DNA of 64,000 nt from Alphaproteobacteria bacterium (GTDB lineage: Bacteria > Pseudomonadota > Alphaproteobacteria > UBA828). Location of the stretch: contig CBDCRW010000005.1 in the NCBI GenBank assembly GCA_965221125.1, positions 1-64,000 of the forward strand, written 5' to 3'. Of this stretch, positions 59,983 through 64,000 are shown piece after piece. The notes under the pieces are model-generated. The model was given only the letters and a program-made list of their open reading frames with translations, was not told where the DNA came from and did not search any database. Numbering within the stretch: the first letter of the stretch is position 1; each line of letters starts with the position of its first letter. The translations under genes and the position numbers were made by a program.

Positions 59983-62029
59983 GCTCGCGCTCTTCCGGCC
60001 GGCGGAGGCGCTCGATGCCGAAGCGAGGCTCGCCGAGTTCATCCGTCATGCGCGCGACGACCTCACGGTGTTCGGCGCCGAGCTCGACTGGGACGCGCCG
60101 AGATGGGAGCTGCGCGGAGTTGCCACTGTGTCGGGCCGCAGCAAGAGCGTGCTTCGCCTCAACTGGGGTCATCCCCTGAAGAAAGCGCCAAGGTCGATCG
60201 AGCACTACGCGCCGTTCGGCGCCCGCAACGCCGACTTCTTCAAGGCGTACCTGCGCTACAGGTATGGTCTTGCCCCACAGATGGCCCCTCAGCTGATGCT
60301 CTCGGCGATGCGGCATCTCGACAAGACTCTCGCCGAAGCTGGCAAATCGATTGCCGACGCGCGGCCCGACGACTTCAACGCCGCCGCCGCGGCCTCTCGC
60401 TCTGCTTACAGCCGCCACACTGCGTATCGCGTCGGCCTGCAGCTTCAAGCGATCGCCGGCTTTCTCGACCATCACGGCCTCGTCGCGCGGCCTCTCGTCT
60501 GGACCTGCCCCATCAGGCGGCCGACGAGCTTCGATCGCATCGGCGTCGAACGCGAGCGGGCTCGGGCCCGGAAACTTCCCTCGGAACGCGCGCTTGCCGC
60601 GCTCGGAGAGGCATACCGCCGCGCCGAGCATCCAATGGACGTGATTGCCGCTTCCGCATACGCCCTTCTCCTGGTGACGCACAGCCGCATCTCCGAGCTG
60701 CACCGGCTCGACGCCTACGATTGCGAAGTGGAGGCCGTCGAGAGCGGCAAGGACCGCTACGGCCTGCGCTGGTATCCGTCGAAGGGCGGCGAGCCCGAGA
60801 CGCGCTGGATCCCGAGCGCGTTCGTGCCGCTGGCGAGGGACGCGCTGAAGCGCATTCGAGACGTCACCGAGCCCGCCCGCGCGCTTGCGCGCAGGTACAT
60901 GGCCGGCGAGGACATCCTCCCGGGCGACGCCCCGGACGATCCTCTCGCCCGCGAGGGCTACATCAGCATGAGGAGTCTCGGAACGGCCGCCGATCCGAGG
61001 ACCGTGCTTGTCGCGCTGCGCAGAAACGGATTCGATGTTCGCGCGGACCACGCAACACAGCTGGGCGTCAAGCTCGCAATGAACGCCAAGCTTTATCTCC
61101 GCGCGCCGATCGAAGAAGGCTTTCGGGCGGAGCTCCCGCAAGGCTTCCCGCTGGCCGATCCCAGATCCGGCCTCGGATACGACCGCGCGCTGCTCGTACG
61201 CACCGCTGACATGGCCCGGCAATCGTGCACTCTCTTCTGGCGCCTTTCCTGCGTCTCGACCAGCGAGATCAAGAACACCATGAACGGGAGAGACTGCACG
61301 AGCGATCAAAAGGCTGGATTGTTCGGCCGTCTCGGGCTGGTGGACGACGATGGCGAGACCGTCCGCATCACGCCTCACCAGCTGCGCCACTACATGACCA
61401 CGCTGGCGAACGAGGGGAACCTGTCGCAGCTCGACATCGCGAGATGGGCGGGCCGCAAGGACATCCGGCACAACGCGTACTACGACCACGAAACCGCCGA
61501 TTCCCTCGTCTCCAAGGCGCGCTCTCTCGGCGGGGACATCTTCGGCAGCCCGATGACGGCAACCCCTCAGCGGCCGGTGACCCCGCGGCAGCTGATCGAG
61601 GGCAGTCTCGCCGGGGTGCATCTGACGCGTTACGGCGCCTGCCTGCACGACTTTGCGGCGTCGCCCTGCCCGATGTACCGGGACTGCCTGAACTGCGTCG
61701 AGCACGCCTGCGTCAAGGGAGACGAGCGCGCCGAGCGCGCCCTGCGCGACCGCCTAGCCGTCATCCAGAAAGCTGTCGCGTCCGCGGAAGAGGCCGCAGC
61801 TATCGGCGAAGGCAACTCGGAGATCTGGCTCTCCCGCAAGAGGACCGAGCTTGCGCGCCTGCGCGAGCTCGTCGCCCTGATCGACGACGCGGCGATCGCG
61901 CCGGGCGCCGTCCTGAGGCTCGACGGCGCGGCACGCTATGCGATCGGCGGCGACGGGGCCGGTTCGGCGAAAGCCCTGCCCGGCCCCGGCCCGGCTCCCG
62001 ATTCCTTACCCCGGCTACGGAAACCGTGA
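59975..62029 (+). CDS. Large tyrosine recombinase C with C-terminal Cys cluster
   Basis: SRISE, PSKG, HQLRH, WAGRK, YYDH, GACLHDF..SPCP...CLNC. Confidence 0.87.
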   Translation: MAELALFRPAEALDAEARLAEFIRHARDDLTVFGAELDWDAPRWELRGVATVSGRSKSVLRLNWGHPLKKAPRSIEHYAPFGARNADFFKAYLRYRYGLAPQMAPQLMLSAMRHLDKTLAEAGKSIADARPDDFNAAAAASRSAYSRHTAYRVGLQLQAIAGFLDHHGLVARPLVWTCPIRRPTSFDRIGVERERARARKLPSERALAALGEAYRRAEHPMDVIAASAYALLLVTHSRISELHRLDAYDCEVEAVESGKDRYGLRWYPSKGGEPETRWIPSAFVPLARDALKRIRDVTEPARALARRYMAGEDILPGDAPDDPLAREGYISMRSLGTAADPRTVLVALRRNGFDVRADHATQLGVKLAMNAKLYLRAPIEEGFRAELPQGFPLADPRSGLGYDRALLVRTADMARQSCTLFWRLSCVSTSEIKNTMNGRDCTSDQKAGLFGRLGLVDDDGETVRITPHQLRHYMTTLANEGNLSQLDIARWAGRKDIRHNAYYDHETADSLVSKARSLGGDIFGSPMTATPQRPVTPRQLIEGSLAGVHLTRYGACLHDFAASPCPMYRDCLNCVEHACVKGDERAERALRDRLAVIQKAVASAEEAAAIGEGNSEIWLSRKRTELARLRELVALIDDAAIAPGAVLRLDGAARYAIGGDGAGSAKALPGPGPAPDSLPRLRKP

Positions 62030-62030
62030 C

Positions 62031-62450
62031 ATGGCCCGGCACCTCACCGAGACCAACGTCGAAACGCTCGCCAGGACCATCGGCACGCTCGAGGTGGCCA
62101 CGTGGGGCGCGGTCGTGAGGCTGGCGCGGCGACGGCTCGGCCACGCCTACTCGCGCCAGGCGCTGTCCAGGCATGAACGGATAAGGACGGCGCTCGCGGC
62201 CCGCAGGGAGCAACTCAGGGGCAGCGGGGCGGGGCGGCGGCCGAGACCGAAGACCGACACCGAAGCGGCCCTCCTCGAGCGCATCGATTCCCTGGAAGCG
62301 GACCTCTGCCGGCTTCGCGCCGAGAACGAGGCGATGATGACCCGGTTCGCCGTCTGGGCCTACAACACGCACGTTCTCGGCATTCCCGACCATCGGCTGG
62401 ACGCTCCGCTTCAGCCGGTCGATCGAGAATATAGCGAGCATGACGCATGA
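62031..62450 (+). CDS. GinD/TnpC-like HTH plus coiled-coil protein
   Basis: TW...YSRQAL followed by a heptad coiled coil; 1 nt after recombinase C. Confidence 0.7.
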   Translation: MARHLTETNVETLARTIGTLEVATWGAVVRLARRRLGHAYSRQALSRHERIRTALAARREQLRGSGAGRRPRPKTDTEAALLERIDSLEADLCRLRAENEAMMTRFAVWAYNTHVLGIPDHRLDAPLQPVDREYSEHDA

Positions 62451-62986
62451 GCAGGGGCAGCGGCGCGGAACGCGGCCGGCAGGCGGTGCTGCGCCTGCGC
62501 GAAGAGATCGACGCGCGCGAGGCGGCCGGCGAGACCTTGCCCATGAACGGCCGGGCTCTCCATCTGGCGAAGATCTGCCAGCTGGTCGGGGTTGGCCGGT
62601 CGACGGTGACGCAGAACCCGTCCTTCCGCGCCATGCTCAAGGACTACGCCGGCCGGAAGGGCGTGGCCTTCTCCGCCAGAGGATCGCCGCCCTCCGTGCA
62701 CGACCGCCAGACCACGGGAGCTGTCGAGGCGCCGGGCGACGCCGGCGGGGAGGCCATGGTGCCGGCCTCCCGCCTGCGCGAGGAACAGCGGCGCAGCGCG
62801 GCCGCCGAGCGCCGCGTCAGCGAGCTGGTCGCCAGGAACGCGGCGCTCATCGCCCGCCTGAGGCGCTATGAGGCTACCGATCAAGCGCTGATCGCCGCCG
62901 GTCGCCGCTACAGGCCCAGGCCGCCGGAGAAAGAGAACTCCGGCCCCGGACAGAGCCGCCTTCAGCTCGACGAGACGTCCGAATGA
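62447..62986 (+). CDS. HTH plus coiled-coil hypothetical protein
   Basis: LAKICQLVGVGRSTVTQNP; ATGA coupling at both ends. Confidence 0.65.
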   Translation: MSRGSGAERGRQAVLRLREEIDAREAAGETLPMNGRALHLAKICQLVGVGRSTVTQNPSFRAMLKDYAGRKGVAFSARGSPPSVHDRQTTGAVEAPGDAGGEAMVPASRLREEQRRSAAAERRVSELVARNAALIARLRRYEATDQALIAAGRRYRPRPPEKENSGPGQSRLQLDETSE

Positions 62987-64000
62987 GCCGGCCGGGCGCA
63001 GCCGCCCGTGCCGCCGTCGAGGCCCCGATGCCGCGAAGGCCCGGCGCGCTCGCGGCGTACCTTGCCGAGGACCGGGACTTCCGCGGCATCGGCCCCGCGA
63101 AGGCCGCTGCCCTGGCAGCCGCATTCGGCGACGGCCTGCGTAACGCGCTCGACCGGAAACATCCCGAGGTCACCGCCATCCTCGGCGAGGAAACCGCCAC
63201 CAACGCGTTCGCGGCCTACGAGTTGAAGAGCCCCGAGATCGAGCTTCTCGACTGGCTGGAAAGCCGGGGGGTCGCCCCCGCTGTCGGGACGCGTACCGCG
63301 ATCAGGATCGCCCGCTGCTGGGGCCATGACGGCATCGACGCCCTGAAGGACAATCCCTACCTCCTCGCGAGCTTCCTGCCCTGGCCTGCAACCGACAGGG
63401 TCTGCCGCGCTCTCGGCGTCGCGCCCGACGATCCCCGCCGCGCCGTCGCCGCCGTCGAGGCCACCCTCTACCGCCGCCTCGACCGGAACCATACATGGAC
63501 GTCCCGCGCCTCGGCAGAGGCCGGGGCCGCGAAGCTGCTCACCGGCGTAGCGGCTCCGGACGGCAGCCCTGCCGGACCCTGGGCGGTCGAGAGCGCCGTC
63601 GAAGCCGGCGGCGCCGAGCCCTTCGAGGACGGCGTTCAGCCCATGGGCGCGGCCGCCATGGAGGCCTTCCTTGCCGAAGAGCTCGCACGCTTCGCCGCCG
63701 AAGTTCCGGCGTCCGACCTGGCCTTGCCAGCTGTTGCCGGCGAGGAGATCGGGCACGCCGTTGACGAGTATGAACGCCGCCGGCCGCACCGCCTCACGGG
63801 CCCGCAGAAAGCCGCCATCGCGGGCGCCTTCCGGCACCGGCTGTCGGTGCTGGGCGGCTATGCCGGCTCCGGCAAGACCACGTCCCTGCGCGGCATCTGC
63901 GAGCTGGCGGAACGCTTCGGCCGCGACACCGTGCTCATCGCGCTCTCGGGCCGCGCGGCGCAGCGCATGGCCCAATCGGCGGGGCGCCCCGCGATGACGA
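62983..64000 (+). CDS. RecD2-like helicase, N-terminal part
   Basis: Open to the window end (absent from the ORF track): FRGIGPAKA helix-hairpin-helix, NPYLL, GYAGSGKTT, ALSGRAAQRM. Confidence 0.87.
   Translation, partial: MSRPGAAARAAVEAPMPRRPGALAAYLAEDRDFRGIGPAKAAALAAAFGDGLRNALDRKHPEVTAILGEETATNAFAAYELKSPEIELLDWLESRGVAPAVGTRTAIRIARCWGHDGIDALKDNPYLLASFLPWPATDRVCRALGVAPDDPRRAVAAVEATLYRRLDRNHTWTSRASAEAGAAKLLTGVAAPDGSPAGPWAVESAVEAGGAEPFEDGVQPMGAAAMEAFLAEELARFAAEVPASDLALPAVAGEEIGHAVDEYERRRPHRLTGPQKAAIAGAFRHRLSVLGGYAGSGKTTSLRGICELAERFGRDTVLIALSGRAAQRMAQSAGRPAMT

Larger units (their letters stand above)
57120..64000 (+). mobile_element. Three-tyrosine-recombinase island (GInt-like); right end outside the window
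   Basis: Three coupled recombinases, two small helical proteins and a helicase; left boundary inferred from the break in the HU-like frame. Confidence 0.7.

Overview
High-GC bacterial DNA, probably alphaproteobacterial (inferred from gene content). A housekeeping and metabolic core spans about 12-50 kb: a putative B12-dependent catabolic cluster with a polyamine-type ABC transporter, a DEAD-box helicase, tRNA-Gly, urtABCDE, gshB, BON/yraN/rsmI/LpoA-like genes and aapJQMP. Accessory DNA flanks it. Left side: a methyltransferase-nuclease fusion; a BoxC-like-repeat-flanked DUF559 gene interrupted by a 3.46-kb IS1595 cargo transposon (26-bp TIRs, 8-bp TSD) that carries a complete but atypical tRNA-like gene and a second candidate structured RNA; a TbpB-like surface lipoprotein; two tandem tyrosine integrases; and an unidentified promoter/terminator-bounded structured RNA. 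Right side: an ISAs1 with a DUF4338-like fusion (10-bp TSD); TA modules; and an HU-like gene apparently hit by both an IS1111-type IS110, whose bridge-RNA guide segments match the reconstructed target, and a three-integrase (GInt-like) element continuing into a RecD2-like helicase at the window edge. All calls come from reading motifs by eye; no searches or folding programs were run.
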